Below the pieces are notes generated by a model. It was not told the DNA's origin and made no database searches. It saw nothing but the letters and a program-made list of their open reading frames with translations. DNA of 60,656 nucleotides from a virus (taxonomy: Duplodnaviria; Caudoviricetes): positions 1-60,656 of IMG/VR virus record IMGVR_UViG_3300044699_000035. One strand, written 5' to 3'. The stretch's first letter is position 1, and every line of letters begins with the position of its first letter. Shown here one piece after another: positions 1 to 12,280 of the stretch. A program made the position numbers and the translations under genes.

Positions 1-897
1 AGTGGCCGAGAGCGGGTAGGGAGCATGACCCTACGGTGTACGCATCGTTACGTAGCTGATACGGGATTGGTATTGGCGCGTGCCAATCAACTGGGCCTGA
101 TCCTGTGGTAACACATGCAATTCGTAAGATCGCGCCGTGCAGTTTGCGCGAATGTCGGGTGGAGTACTTTCATGGCCTACGCATATGTCAGGCACCTCGC
201 CAGGTGCGGCGCCTGACGTATTCCGCGTCTGCGTGATGGCGATCAAAGTACTTGGGCAGGCGTGGCATCCCGGGTCAGGATGCCCATACACGGCAGCGTG
301 TGGCTGTACGCGACGAGGGCGACGTTGTGGTTGATGAAGCCGACACCTATACCGATAATCGTCACGATTCCACCCCGAGCTCACGCAGACGTTGGCCGGT
401 ACATGCACTGGCCTACGTCAGTTGACTGCGCACTTTGGATATGGCAGGCGACGGCAATCGGACCGTATTGTTGCCAGGCCCAAACAAGTGGAGCCCCAGC
501 TACTGGCTAGTACTGCGGCGTGGTCTTTCAGGACGGCCATGCGGGTACGATGCACCAGAGATCCTGACCGAGCAGAGAATTCCCGCAGGCTTACATGCCG
601 AACGGCAGAAGCGAAGGTACTGTCGTAAGAAGTTAACGCCTTGGGCAAGCGATATCAAAGACTTCGCGACCATGGACACGACCCAGTGGGACGTCGTCGT
701 TCGCCCCCTACTGGATGGGCTCGGAGAAGTTGGTGCTGGAGGAACTGGACAACCCCGAGTTCAGCTTGCAGGTATACGGGGCGTTGCAACAGCTGCACAC
801 CGAGAACAACTGTTGGAAAGGAGTGCTTATCGCATTTACAAAAAGTGTACGAATACGAAGTCAAACGGAAGAACTAATCACTGAAAGGAATAGCATC

Positions 898-2012
898 ATG
901 AGCGACGACGCAAGTGTCATGAGTTTCGAAGCAACCGTAGCTGCTGCAGTCCGTGCCTTCAAGTCGGGCATGGGCAAGAAGTTGCGTGCAGTATTCATCG
1001 ACGGGCCACCGGCGTGGGCAAGAACGCGACCGCATCGTACATCGCGCAAGGGTGGGGTTGAAGCACATCTTCATGCTGAAGATGGCGCACCACGAGGTAC
1101 CCGACATTGCCGGTGTGCCGGTGCCGAAGGACGAGACGCAGCGCACGCACTACTACCCAGCGCCGACATGCTGCCCCCGCAGGAGCCGAACGAACCGTAC
1201 CTCATGTGGTTCACGACGAGGCGACGGACTGCAACTGGGCCAGCAGAATCTCATGTGCCAGATGGTGCACGAGAACCGGAATTCACAACTACATCTTTCA
1301 CCCGAACACCTGTCACTTGCTCTTCCGCAACAGGGTGCAGGACCGCAGCGGTGCGAACCGATCGTCACCAAGCTGGGCAATCGATGCGCGCACTACACCA
1401 TGCAGCCCACGTGGACGAGTTTGTTCAGTACGGTGCCCGTCACGGTGGAACCGACGTTGCGTGCGTTCATCAAGATGCGCGGCGAGGAGCGGATCAATCC
1501 GTCGGACAACAAGGCCAAACGCAACCGACGGACTTCAACTCGTTCGACCCGACCGACCCGGCACAGATGGCCAAGCCTCAGTTCGCGAGCTCGCGCAGCT
1601 ACGAGTTCGTTCAGCGACTACCTGAAACTACGTCGATGAGCACGAGCCCGGGCTGGACAGCGGCACGTTGTCGAGCGAGATCGCGGGCATGGTGGGTACG
1701 CCGGTGGCACTGCGATCTCCGGCTTCCGCACGTGGCGGTGACCATGCCTGACCCCGACGCCATCCTCGCAGGTAAGCGGGTTGCGTTCCCGTCCAAGCAA
1801 GAGGTGATGTGGGCGTTGAGTCTGACGCTGGCATCGAAGGTCAAGAAGGAGAACGTGAAGCACATGCATGCGTACCTGGGTCAGGGTCCGCACGAGTTCC
1901 TGGCCCTGGCTGCACGCATCGCCTTCGATACAAGGGTGGCAGCGCTGGCCGGCAACGACTTCAACGCCATGATCGGGGACCCGAAATCAAGGCGATGTTC
2001 AGCGCAACGTAA
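898..2012 (+). CDS. MoxR-like AAA+ ATPase (frameshifted in this consensus)
   Basis: RBS GAAAGGA before ATG 898. Reassembled across frames: VFIDGPPG-VGK (Walker A), EVPDIAGVP, a DE-containing Walker B region, NRVQDRSGANR and KLGNRCAHY; ends KAMFSAT*. Confidence 0.8.
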
Positions 2013-2029
2013 GAGTGCGCTTGTTAGCG

Positions 2030-2047
2030 AGTGCTAACTTTAGCACT
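2030..2047. promoter_or_regulatory. Palindromic operator-like site, copy 1 of 5
   Basis: AGTGCTAA-CT-TTAGCACT, intergenic, overlapping TATAAC and just upstream of RBS GGAG/ATG 2064. Confidence 0.7.
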
Positions 2048-2063
2048 ATAACCTGGAGAAATC

Positions 2064-2900
2064 ATGAACCGTTAAAGAATCAAGGTGCAAGACAAGGCAA
2101 ACCATCGTCGTACTGAACTGCGCGTTCAGCTGGGTACCGTCACCGACAAGGAGATCACCGATAAACCACGCAAGCGAAGGGAGCGACGAGGGGTTCACTG
2201 CGCGTACGTAAGACTCTGCTCCCGCAGGCATCGGTGTCTTCTCGAAGCCGTGGGCCATCACCGGGGAGTTCTATCGGTGGCACTCTCGCAAGACGTACTC
2301 GAGCCCGATCGAAGGGCAGCGGATCATGCCGGTCGCGTTCTACATGGACTACATGCAGCAGTTCGGGAAGCGAAGGCTGCGGGCCGGGCAGCCCTTGCCG
2401 CGCTTATGGATGGGTATGTGGGTGCAGTAGAGCAGGCGAAGCATTACTCGGTGCATCGTTCAAGGCCGACGACTACCCGCCAGTCGAGGAGCTTGCGCAC
2501 TACCTCATAGTTCGACGTGCGCTTCTGCCTGTGCCTGCCGGTGACCACATCATGAAACGCACTAGGTGCGGGCGTGGCTGCTGAGTGGACGCCTACGTGG
2601 CCGAGATCATGCAAGCTGCAGCCAACGATGCGAAGGAACTCTGCGCAAGGCAGTCGCACGCATGGCCGATCGTTGAGCAAGAAGGACGGGAAGATCTACG
2701 ACAGCATGACCGACTACATCAACGAACAGGCGAAGGATACGCCGCTCATCGCAGGGCTGGCCGACGACCCCGAACTCAAGGTCATGATCATGAAGTGAAG
2801 GACACCCTGGCAGGGTACGACGCCGACACGTTCAGGGATACAAGGGTGCGCGCACTCCAGGTGGCGCTGCGGCGATGGATATTCTCAGAGATGGGGGATG
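2064..2900 (+). CDS. DUF3150-like phage protein (frameshifted)
   Basis: Fragments LGTVTDKEITD, FKADDYPPVEEL and KDGKIYDSM..LADDPEL; lies between the AAA and VWA genes, a common phage arrangement. Confidence 0.55.
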
Positions 2901-3384
2901 AAGAACGTTTACTACATCGCCGCCAACAAGTAGAGGATGTGGGCATCGCACCGCACCGAGAAAGCAGCTGCGCGCTGCATCCGCACGTAATTCTAGCCAC
3001 GGCAATGGTGCAGGTGTGGCCTATGCCGAAACAACCGACTTAGTAAAGGGCCTAAATGAAAAACGAAACTCAGTAGTGCCAAGCATCGGTCGTGGTCGAG
3101 ATGGACAACGACCAGATGAAGATGTTGACGCGGGTAGCGAAGAAGGATCAAACGCTACCACCTGGGCTGGTGCCATCCGCCAGCTGATCAGCGAAGCCGA
3201 TCGGAGGAACAAGAAATGAAAGACTACTCGCACTGCCCCGGCTACCCGGGCGGCACGTTCTCATCGCCTGCACCATCGGACTACTGCGCCGACATGCCAG
3301 TGCATGCAGTGGCCAGAAACCATCTTCACTATGGTTAGTGCTGCTCGCAGTGGCAGTCCTAGTTCTCATTCGTAGGAGAAGTCA

Positions 3385-4580
3385 GTGCAACTAGACCAAG
3401 ATGCAAACTGCGAAGGGCAAGCTGGCCTTGCACGCTGGCTTCTGGCTGGCACTGGCGTCGAACTGCAGTGGGGGTGACATGAAGGTGACTGCCCCGGCGG
3501 TGTGGCTGCGACCAACGGGCGCAAGGTGTTCTACAACTCCGACGTGCTGAACGAGTGGCCGATGGGTGACGTCGTGTTCGTGGCCCTGCACGAGATCATG
3601 CACAACATGCTGTGCCACCTCGTTCGCTTCGGTGATCGGGACAAGCAGATCGCAGGCATCGCCATGGATATCGTGGGCAACAACATCCTGCGCAAGATGT
3701 GTGGCGAACTGCCGAACCTGAAGATGACTGTGCCCGCATCGGCATGTCTGCCGAACTGTTCAACGTGCCACCTGACCTGACGTTCGAGGAGACGTACAAC
3801 CTGCTGATAAAGAACGCGGAGAAGATCGGCGGCGGCATGGGCAACGGGTCAGCCGCGGGTCCTGGCTCAGGCTTCGACGCACACGAGCCGATGGCCGCGA
3901 GGATGGCAAGCCGCTGACCAGCGCGCAGAAGGAAGCGGTGGAGAAGGAGTGGAAGGTAGCCGTGCAGGCGGCAGCGCATATGGCGCGCAGCATGGGCAAG
4001 ATGCCCGGGTTCATGGAGGAATTCATCGGCGAGTTGATCAGCCGAAGATCGACTGGCGTGCACAGCTGCGCCACTGCATGGCCAAGGTTACCCACGATGA
4101 ATCTTCTTACAGAAGATTTAACCGGCGTCATCTGTCACGGGGCCATGTACCTGCCGGGGCGGTACAACGAGCGCATCGAGAGCATCGCTTACTTCTGTGA
4201 TACCTCTGGCTCATAAGCTCAGAGGAATTTCGCGCAGCCAAGGGTGCGATGGTCGACATACTCGAGGAGTTGAAGCCGACCAAGATCTTCTTCGGCCAAT
4301 GCGACACGCGACTGCATGACGTAGTGGAGCTCACGCCCGACGATCTCCCGCTACCCGCACTCACGGTCAAGGGGCGTGGGGGCACGGATATGGAGGAAGC
4401 GTTCGAGTGGGCGTGCCAGAACGAGGACGAGATCGAAGCGTTCATCCTGCAGACGGATGGATATGTGCCTGCCCTCGACCGGCGCTGCACCCGAAGGTAC
4501 CGGTGATCATCATCTGCACGACGGATGCCGTGCTGCCCGCTGGCTGGGACTTCACGAACGTGGTGCGAGTGGTGTTGTGA
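3385..4580 (+). CDS. HExxH metallopeptidase plus VWA domain protein (DUF2201-like), frameshifted
   Basis: ATNGRKVFYN, ALHEIMHNMLCHLVR (HExxH), CDTSGS (MIDAS DxSxS), GRGGTD and QTDGY. Confidence 0.85.
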
Positions 4581-5950
4581 AACGCACCGCTAGGAAGAAG
4601 GCGTATGTGCAGGGTCTTTCGTGGGCTGGCAGTTACGCGAACGAGTTTACCTTAACGGCCACCGTGTACACCAGCATCGACGAGCCGCTGCGCCCTAGCG
4701 CGTAAGAAGATGGAGCACGTTAGCATGGGCCCTGCGGGTGTACTTCAGCGAGAAGTACGGTAAGGGCGTGATGCTGGCGACCTATCGCACTAGTGATACG
4801 TGGAACTCCTGTAGCGGATAGGTCGTACTTCGATGAGGCATGGCCGATCTTCGAGTCCTATGTGAGGATGTTATGAAAGGCGCGGACTACAAAGCGGTAC
4901 GCCTATCGGATGGCGACAAACGGTGGCAACGGACGTACTGCCATGGGGTGGGAGCGTGGCAGTGAAGACGATGAAGTACAAGAAGGCCAACGTCGACATA
5001 CCGATGTACCTGTGGGTAGACCAGGGCCCTGGGTGAAGTCGGCTTGCAACGGAAAGAAGCCTAACCGTGCGACCAAGCAAGTCATTCGCCGTGGTACCCT
5101 CGGTACCCTGTGGGAAACGTTCATTGAACTACGCGAGGATGTTGTGAAGATGTTCATAGATTACGCAGCACAGAACCGAAAAGGTAGGACGCTGTGGTTC
5201 ATGCGCGGACCCATCAGCAGCAATTACGTGGAGACAGACGCGCGCGAAGTCATGTTTCCGCCGGAGACCTGGGCGTATGCGCGTGGACTTGGGCCTCATT
5301 CAGCAGAAAGTACCGCACCGTATTTCTTTTCGCCGAAGGCAACGGTGAGTTTACCGAAGGAACGCCGTGGGAAATGCAAGTCAGCACCGGGGACAATCCG
5401 CGCGCGAACAAGCGTGGGAAACGTTCATGAACTACGCGAGGATGTTGTGATCGTGTATGGGAACTCGAGTTCTGCATGCCCGCCCGCAACTGGAAGTGCA
5501 GCATAGACAAACAATACACTCAACGCTCTTAACCCAACATGACTCGAACGTACGCGACTGGTTGTGGCAACGCTTGGCCCCTGGCAGAGAGCAGGCGATT
5601 ACTTCTCCCTGCTGATGACGCCGGATGGCAAGACCTTGCGAGTAAGCCACATCGCCAACGAGTTCGATGGGATGTTCAACCCCACTGTAGCTACTGCAGC
5701 GTCTCGCAAAAGAAATGTACGACCAGATCGAACCGTACCTTTACATGATCCGCACTAAGGACACAGCATGAATATTTTACTGCGAGTTGATCTGACGCGA
5801 TCCGACAGTTTCGCATTGACCGCTTGCGAACGTCAGCATCTCGCCACAGCCCCAGCACCATGCCGAGAGATGGATTCAAGCCTATAGGTTTGTAGTGAAT
5901 ATCCGAATGCTACGAGTTCTACAGTCTTACTCTGAACTGGAGCAATCTCA

Positions 5951-6208
5951 ATGAAGCGACTATGGTGCGCGCTGATCACGCGCGGTGATGGTGGGTGGTG
6001 GAAGATGAACACTAGTGAAGGGGACCCTCCGATAGAGCGATCGTTCCTCTACCGGTTCAACGTGCTGCTCGAACAGCTGCATCGTTTAATGGAGAACACG
6101 ATGATGCATCGGATAGTCCACGGTCACCATCAGGTGACTCGCGTAAAGATTGAAGTGGTGGGGCCGACGATCATAGAGAAGAAGTGGCCGAAGCGAAGCG
6201 AGTGCTAA
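5951..6208 (+). CDS. Hypothetical protein, 85 aa
   Basis: Intact ORF with RBS GGAG; its stop codon lies inside operator copy 2. Confidence 0.55.
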   Translation: MKRLWCALITRGDGGWWKMNTSEGDPPIERSFLYRFNVLLEQLHRLMENTMMHRIVHGHHQVTRVKIEVVGPTIIEKKWPKRSEC

Positions 6209-6217
6209 CTCAGCACT
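6201..6217. promoter_or_regulatory. Palindromic operator-like site, copy 2
   Basis: AGTGCTAA-C-TCAGCACT at the start of an intergenic gap. Confidence 0.65.
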
Positions 6218-7147
6218 GCATCCCGCTGGGAACCGTTCGGTTTCTTTCCTGATGGCACCCGTTGTGCATACCTTGGAGAGGGTGATGAAGGCAGCGTTGT
6301 CGATCGTTAGGACAAGCGGTATGATACGTTCGACGTGTGGGTAGATCTAGGCGGACCCGCCGCAAGGTCCTCCGCTGGAGACAGTTGTCCACGATAATCA
6401 CCTTGTGCTTCCGCGACCATTACGCAGTGGCATCTGTACCTGCTGCTGAAGCACGAGCGCACCGATAGTGGGCATTCTGTTGTGCAGCTATGCCAGAACT
6501 AGGCGATGCATACAACGACCCGGGCAACCAGCTTAAGTACATAGGCGTCCTACCAAAGGACGACGTTCTCGAAACTCTTCTTACGTACTTACCGATGCTA
6601 TGAGATACGCGTGGATGGACAACACCCTTAGCGGTGGCACGTACCAATCGCTATATGATATTACGATCAACGACATACGCCCACTGCCGGGGACGCTGGT
6701 CGTCTTGCGGTTCAACAAGAAGGTCTTAGCGGATAAATACTACGTCGGCATCGGCGATGACTACAGCCGTGAGCCGTACAGAAACCACGACATAATCGCT
6801 AGGGGCACATGGGACGAATGCTACCCCCGTGTTCAAGTTCGCTTGTGCTATAGGAAGGACTGGTGCTGCCATGAGATATGTACTGACGAAGGGACGGTTC
6901 CTGTATCGCGACGATGACAAGAAGTACAACGGCGAATGCCTAGCGAAGATACCGCCGGTGCCCATTCAGGGCGAGTGCCAAGTCTAGTGCAAGACTCTGG
7001 TAGGTGGGTAGCATCGGGCAACGATTTCAACTGTGAAAAGAACGAGCCGTACGACTAGCAATGGCTGGTACGTGGATACCTGCTACCCCATATTCAAGTT
7101 CGCATGTGGGTTGCAAGGACTGGTGCTGCCATGATGGTGAACAACTA

Positions 7148-9040
7148 ATGACCCCTATGAACCTACCTATAATCCCCATCGACTCGAGACGTACTACGAC
7201 ACTGAGTACAGCCTCAGCAAGATCACCACTGAGGGAGACATTCGTTCCCCAAGTTTCGAGTCATCGGCCGTCAGCATCTGGAAGCCGGGTACACCCCGTG
7301 CCGTGTAGGTACACCGACCCGTTCGAGATCCGCCCATCGCATGCTGCGATCGACTGGTCCAAGCAGTGCGATGCTGGCACACAACAACTACTCGACGTGC
7401 CATCGCAGCGTGGATCTACAACTGCTACCCCGCTATGTACCTGGCTCGATGTGCATGGCGCACCGCACTACGGGGTTTTCGACCGGCGTTCAGCCTTGCC
7501 AAGCTGCTCGAAACCTCGCAGCTGGGGAAGAAGGGCGACGAGGTGGTGCGTGCGATTGGGAAGCGACAGAAAGACTTTACACCCGTAGAGCTCGCGCAGT
7601 ACGGGGTGTATTGCTGCGGTGACAACCACGGGTGCATGAACCTGTTCAACTGGCTGCTGCCCCGCACCCCGGCGAAGGAGCTTCGCCCTCATCGACGAGG
7701 CGATCCGGTGCTTCACCGACCCGCGGCTCGGCCTAAACAAGGAGATACTAAGAGAGCACTATGAGGGAGTAGTTGCTCGGAAGCAGGCGAACTATATCTG
7801 GGCGTCGAACCTTCTCGGCTGCACTGAGGAGGAAGTGAAAGATACCATCATGTCCAACGACAAGATGGCGGCAGGCGTTGGTCGAGCTCGGGGTCGACCC
7901 GCCGATGAAGATCTCCAAGACCACGAACAAGCTGGCCTACGCATTCGCCAAGACCGACGACGCGTTCGTCGCCCTGCAGGAACACGAGAACGAAGCGGTG
8001 CAGATGCTGGTGACGTGCAGGCTAGGGGGCAAGTCCACGCTTGTCGGAGACCAGGGCGGCACGCCTGCTAGGCGTGGCCGATCGCGGCACCCTGCCGGTG
8101 TTCCTGAAATACTACGCTGCGCACCCCGGCCGGTAAGGTGGAGGGGACTCGCTCAACCTGCCAGAACCTGCCGCGCTCGGGGCCGATCAAGGATTCGATG
8201 GAAGCCCCGCCCCAGCACGTCATCGTGGAGGGCGACGAGGCGCAGATCGAGCCCCGGATACTGGCGTTCATCGCCGGCCAGGAGGATGTGGTGCATGCGT
8301 TCCGTGAGTGGGATGCCTGGTCGCGGACCCTGACGTGTACTGCTACACCGCATCGGGGTTCCTCGGGCGTACCATCACGAAGGCTGAGAACCCCAACGAG
8401 CGGCAGCTGGGGAAGGTAATCCGGATTGCGCTGGGCTACGGCATGGGGATCGACCGGTTCATCATCACGGCGAAGGGTCCGGACTACAAGGTGAACCTCA
8501 CGCTGGCTACCGCCACCGCAGCGCACAAGTGGTACAAGGACAATAGCCTAGCGATCACGCAGTTCTGGAAGAATTGCAACACCGCTCTTAAGAGACTTCT
8601 CGCAGGAGAAGAGTATACATTCGGGCGTGACGGGTGTATCGTCGTGAAGGCTGACGGGATACACCTCCCGTCGGGGCGGGTGCTGCGCTACCACGGGCTT
8701 ACGCAGGGAGAGAACGACGAGTACGGCAGGCCCACGTACTGGTATCAGAACCGACGCAAGTGGGTGAAGATCCATGGTGCCAAGGTGACGGAGAACATCT
8801 GCCAGTCGTTGGCAGGTTCGGTCGTTAACGATGCATGGCTACGACTCAGAGGCACACCTCTGAAGATCGTGCTGCAGGTACACGACTCGTTGGCAGGTGT
8901 GGTGCATGAAGATCAAGCGGAGGATGCGGTGGGCTGGATGCGTGAGGCGCTGGTGGCACCCGGTGAAGTGGCTCCCCGGGTTGCCGGTGAACTGCGAGGT
9001 CGGGTACCACCGTAGCTACGGGCAGATCGTAAAATCATGA
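7148..9040 (+). CDS. DNA polymerase family A with 3'-5' exonuclease domain (frameshifted)
   Basis: N-terminal IDxETYYD exonuclease motif; motif A GDEAQIEPRILA; motif B RQLGKVIRIALGYGMG; ENICQSLA; motif C VHDS. Confidence 0.92.
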
Positions 9041-9345
9041 TAAGCGGTGTACGGTTAACTGGATACAAGGAGCCACGCGATTTGCTCTTGGCAGTAAAGC
9101 AGTAGGCGGCAAGATGTGCGCGAATGTATTCGATCTAGCCGAAGAGTGCAGGGAGTTTATAGTGCCTCCTGGGGGTACACAATTTGCATTACAGCGTCTA
9201 CGAACTTGACACGTCGCAATATGCCCAGCACGACGGTTCTGGTTGTCGCAGTGCCTATTCGGTAGATCCAAAGTACGGCAAATTCTTTCTCTCCAAGTTT
9301 GGCATCATATACACAGAGATTTACCCCGATCGTGGTAGTTTCAAC

Positions 9346-10044
9346 ATGAAAGATCTTCGATGGTTGTTAAGCCAATCTCCTGGTCCTTCTCGAAACTCGA
9401 GCAGTACCGCAACTGCCCGAAGCAATACCACGAGGAGGGGGGTAACGTGTCCTCAAGAACTTCACGAGGAATACACCGACGAGCGGAAGTGGGGCGACCG
9501 TGTGCACAAGTCTCTTGCTGACTACCTCAGCAAAGGTACTCCCCTTCCGAAGGCATGGACCGTGTGGCAGGAGATCGCCGACCAGTTCCGTGCGTTGAAG
9601 GGTACGCTGTACGTAGAGAATCAATTCGCCATCGACGCGCAGTTCCATCCCTGCAACTGGAAGGATTGGGACAACGCGTGGCTGCGCGGCATCGTCGATG
9701 CATTGTGGGTAGACGGCACGGTAGCAAAGGCGATCGACTGGAAGACGGGAAAGAAGAAACCGAACTCCGATCAGCTTGCGCTGTTCGCACTGCTGGTGTT
9801 CTTCCACTTCCCTGAAGTGCAGACGGTGCGCACGATGTTCGTGTGGTTGAAGACTGCGCAGAAAGACCGGGAAGATTTCACGCGCGAGGATATACCCAAG
9901 CTGTGGGCGTTGTTCACCAACGATCTGCAGCGATTGAAGAACAGCATGGAAACGGATACGTGGATACCACGCACGTCAGGCTTGTGCAGCAAGTGGTGTC
10001 CGTGGTGACCTGGTCAGTACAACGGCAAGCGGAGGAATTGGTAA
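9346..10044 (+). CDS. PD-(D/E)XK RecB/Cas4-like exonuclease
   Basis: SWSFSKLEQYRNCPKQY, WGDRVH, ENQFAID, LRGIVDAL, IDWKTGK, QLALF and C-terminal LCSKWCP. Confidence 0.88.
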
Positions 10045-10530
10045 TGGCCAAGCTGGTGATACTCACTCTGGAATATCGTGAAGCGAAAGCTCTCGCAGCA
10101 AAACTCAACGGACAACCGGTGAACGCAAATGAAGAAGCGTACAAGGAAGGGTACCGCAAGCTCATGCAGGGATTGGTCACGGCAAATCCCTTGGAACAGC
10201 GTAAAGGCCGAGCCCAAAGCTTAGTTTGGGTAAGAAGGATTTCACCATGGAAGGCTGGTTCACAGTTCCCCGCTGGTGTAAGCGCGGTGCACTTGAGCAT
10301 GGCAGGCGGAGGGGGTGGTGGCGCTGCTTCTTATGGTGCCGGTGGAGGAGGTGCAGCTGCCACATGTCACCGTCACGCTACCCCCGCATCTGGCCCTCAA
10401 GCGGTCGCAGGCCTCATCGCATTCATGCCGCGCACACCCATCCTACCCCGATGAGATGCAGTGCTACCTCGCACTACTCGACGTACGTTACTCCCGCGCA
10501 TGGCGGCAAGCTGCCGCAACCAGTTCGTAA
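10044..10530 (+). CDS. Hypothetical protein with a Gly-rich adhesin-like fragment (frameshifted)
   Basis: MAKLVILTLEYREAK..., then GKKDFTMEGWFTV-PAGVSAVHLSMAGGGGGG. Confidence 0.4.
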
Positions 10531-10564
10531 CAACTATCAAACGTGCTCTTAAAGGAGAATGACA

Positions 10565-11418
10565 ATGATCAAAGAATGGCTACGCAAGGTTGTCGGATGC
10601 CCCGATCCCGATACCGCCAGAACCGCCTGACCCCTAACCGTAAGCTGCTCTACGCCTACTACGGGGCCGACTCCGCGCAGATCACCTCAACGTACCAGCA
10701 CGTCAACCTCGTGCACATCGGCGCGTGGGGTGATTGGGAATCGCTACAGGGGCGCATCAACCTGATCAACGACATCGTTGCCATGGCGCAGCAAGCCAAG
10801 GGTGCCAACCTCCCGGTCATGCTGACGATGGACTTCTGCTTGTTCGAGCAGACCAACCCGCGTGTCCCACTGCCGGGAGAAGTATCGCGTACCTACATGG
10901 ATACGTTCTTCACCCGCCTGCGCAACGAGAACCTACTCGACACCGTGGTCGCGTTCTACGTCATCGACGAACCCAACATCCATGAAGTCGCCGTGTCGAA
11001 CCAGGACATGATCAACACCAACAACTGGCTGCGTGCGGTGGCGGGGTTCTATTGGGACCCGACGAAGCCGCTGCCCCTGGCCGTTATCTACGGTGCGGGA
11101 GGGGGCAACTCGATCAACAACCTGCCCGGTATCTCGACCTTCGACTGGTGTGGGATCGACAACTACGGCAGCAACATCTTCAGCAACGGACAGTACAACA
11201 CGCTCCTCTCACAGATGCGCCTCGAACAGCAGACGATCTACGTCCCCGGCGGGGCCAACCCATGGCGGGAAGATCCGATGCCGTACTACACTCGTGCGTT
11301 GCAAGACCCTCGCGTTGTGATGATCATGCCGTTCATCTGGATCACGCCGGATGGCATTGCCGGCAACGGCATGGCACCGCAGTACGAGGCCGTTGGTTCT
11401 CTGATCGTAAACCCATAG
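10565..11418 (+). CDS. Putative TIM-barrel glycoside hydrolase-like protein
   Basis: RBS AAGGAG; Pro-rich N-terminal linker; VVAFYVIDEPN (clan GH-A-like acid/base) and FDWCGIDNY. Confidence 0.55.
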
Positions 11419-11428
11419 GAGCACATCA

Positions 11429-11948
11429 ATGCAGTTCTTCCCAGCAAATCTGCCGTACCCGAAGTGGCCCAACGTATCCGGCATCTTCACCCTGATGATC
11501 ACGGCCGAACAAACGGGGGATTGGAAACCCGTCGAAGGCGTACTTCAAAGACCCGGCCAACAACCAGAACATCAAGGATGCGATCGGTGCAGGCAACATG
11601 TGGTACAACGCATTCAATCCGAACCCGAACGTGTACCCGACGACGCCGGCCAGCCTTGGCATGAACTGAAACGCTGCCTTGGTTCCCGTCGCCGAACGAG
11701 CAAGTCAACTCAACGGTGATCACCGTTGACGGGCGGCAAGGTGTCAGCATCAGCGAGCTCCGGCGGCATTCCGATGTGGATCTCGTTCGATCCCCACGTT
11801 TCCGAACGATGCCCGGCGGTGGACGTCGTACGGTGCGGGCAGCACCGGGTACCTCTACCCTTCCAAAGGACAGACGGTGTACTCGAAGCAAACGGGCGGC
11901 GACATCAGCGGCGTTCCCGATATCCACATGTCCGTGGAATCGCTGTAA
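11429..11948 (+). CDS. Hypothetical protein (frameshifted)
   Basis: RBS AGGAG; MQFFPANLPYPKWPNVSG...; ends just before a terminator. Confidence 0.5.
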
Positions 11949-11958
11949 CCTTTTCGGT

Positions 11959-11983
11959 GGGGGCGCAAGCCCCCTTTTTATTT
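11959..11983 (+). terminator. Rho-independent terminator
   Basis: GGGGGC-GCAA-GCCCCC followed by TTTTTATTT. Confidence 0.8.
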
Positions 11984-11992
11984 GGAGCAATC

Positions 11993-12280
11993 ATGGCGCA
12001 GACTTGGCTCGACAAGCCACGCGGTAACTGGTGGACGAAGGAAGCTGTGGGGTCCGTGACCCAGGCGAACGTAAGCAAGGGAGTCGAAGTCGACGGGGTT
12101 ACGCAGATGATGATCGCTGCGTACAAGCAATGGGCGGATCTGGAAGTGCTGATCAACGCGATCGACGAGGACTTCACTGTGGATCATGAAGTGATGGCCA
12201 AGATCAAAGACCGGCATTCGAAGTACAAACTTAAGATCGACCAAGCCGCAGCATGGCGGGCTGGTGTAAGTGGCGGAGTC
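11993..12280 (+). CDS. Hypothetical protein, in frame with VRR-NUC in this consensus
   Basis: RBS GGAG; MAQTWLDKPRGNWW... Confidence 0.55.

Larger units (their letters stand above)
4577..7134 (+). repeat. Array of about nine short coupled genes, several sharing C-terminal sequence
   Basis: Near-identical ends TGGGAAACGTTCAT(T)GAACTACGCGAGGATGTTGTGA at ~5111-5147 and ~5415-5450; AAGGACTGGTGCTGCCATGA at 6855-6874 and 7115-7134; ATGA/GTGA start-stop overlaps. Confidence 0.65.

Noticed and set aside
1-880. Short ORFs at the window start
   Set aside because: Probably small early genes, but fragmented with no recognisable motif, so none was called
4848-7134. Spaced repeats as a CRISPR array or DGR template/variable repeats
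   Set aside because: Spacing is 260-300 bp, the repeats are coding gene ends, differences are not adenine-specific, and no reverse transcriptase was found
9346-10044. Cas4-like nuclease as part of a CRISPR system
   Set aside because: No repeat-spacer array or other cas genes were seen; solo Cas4-like exonucleases are common in phage replication modules
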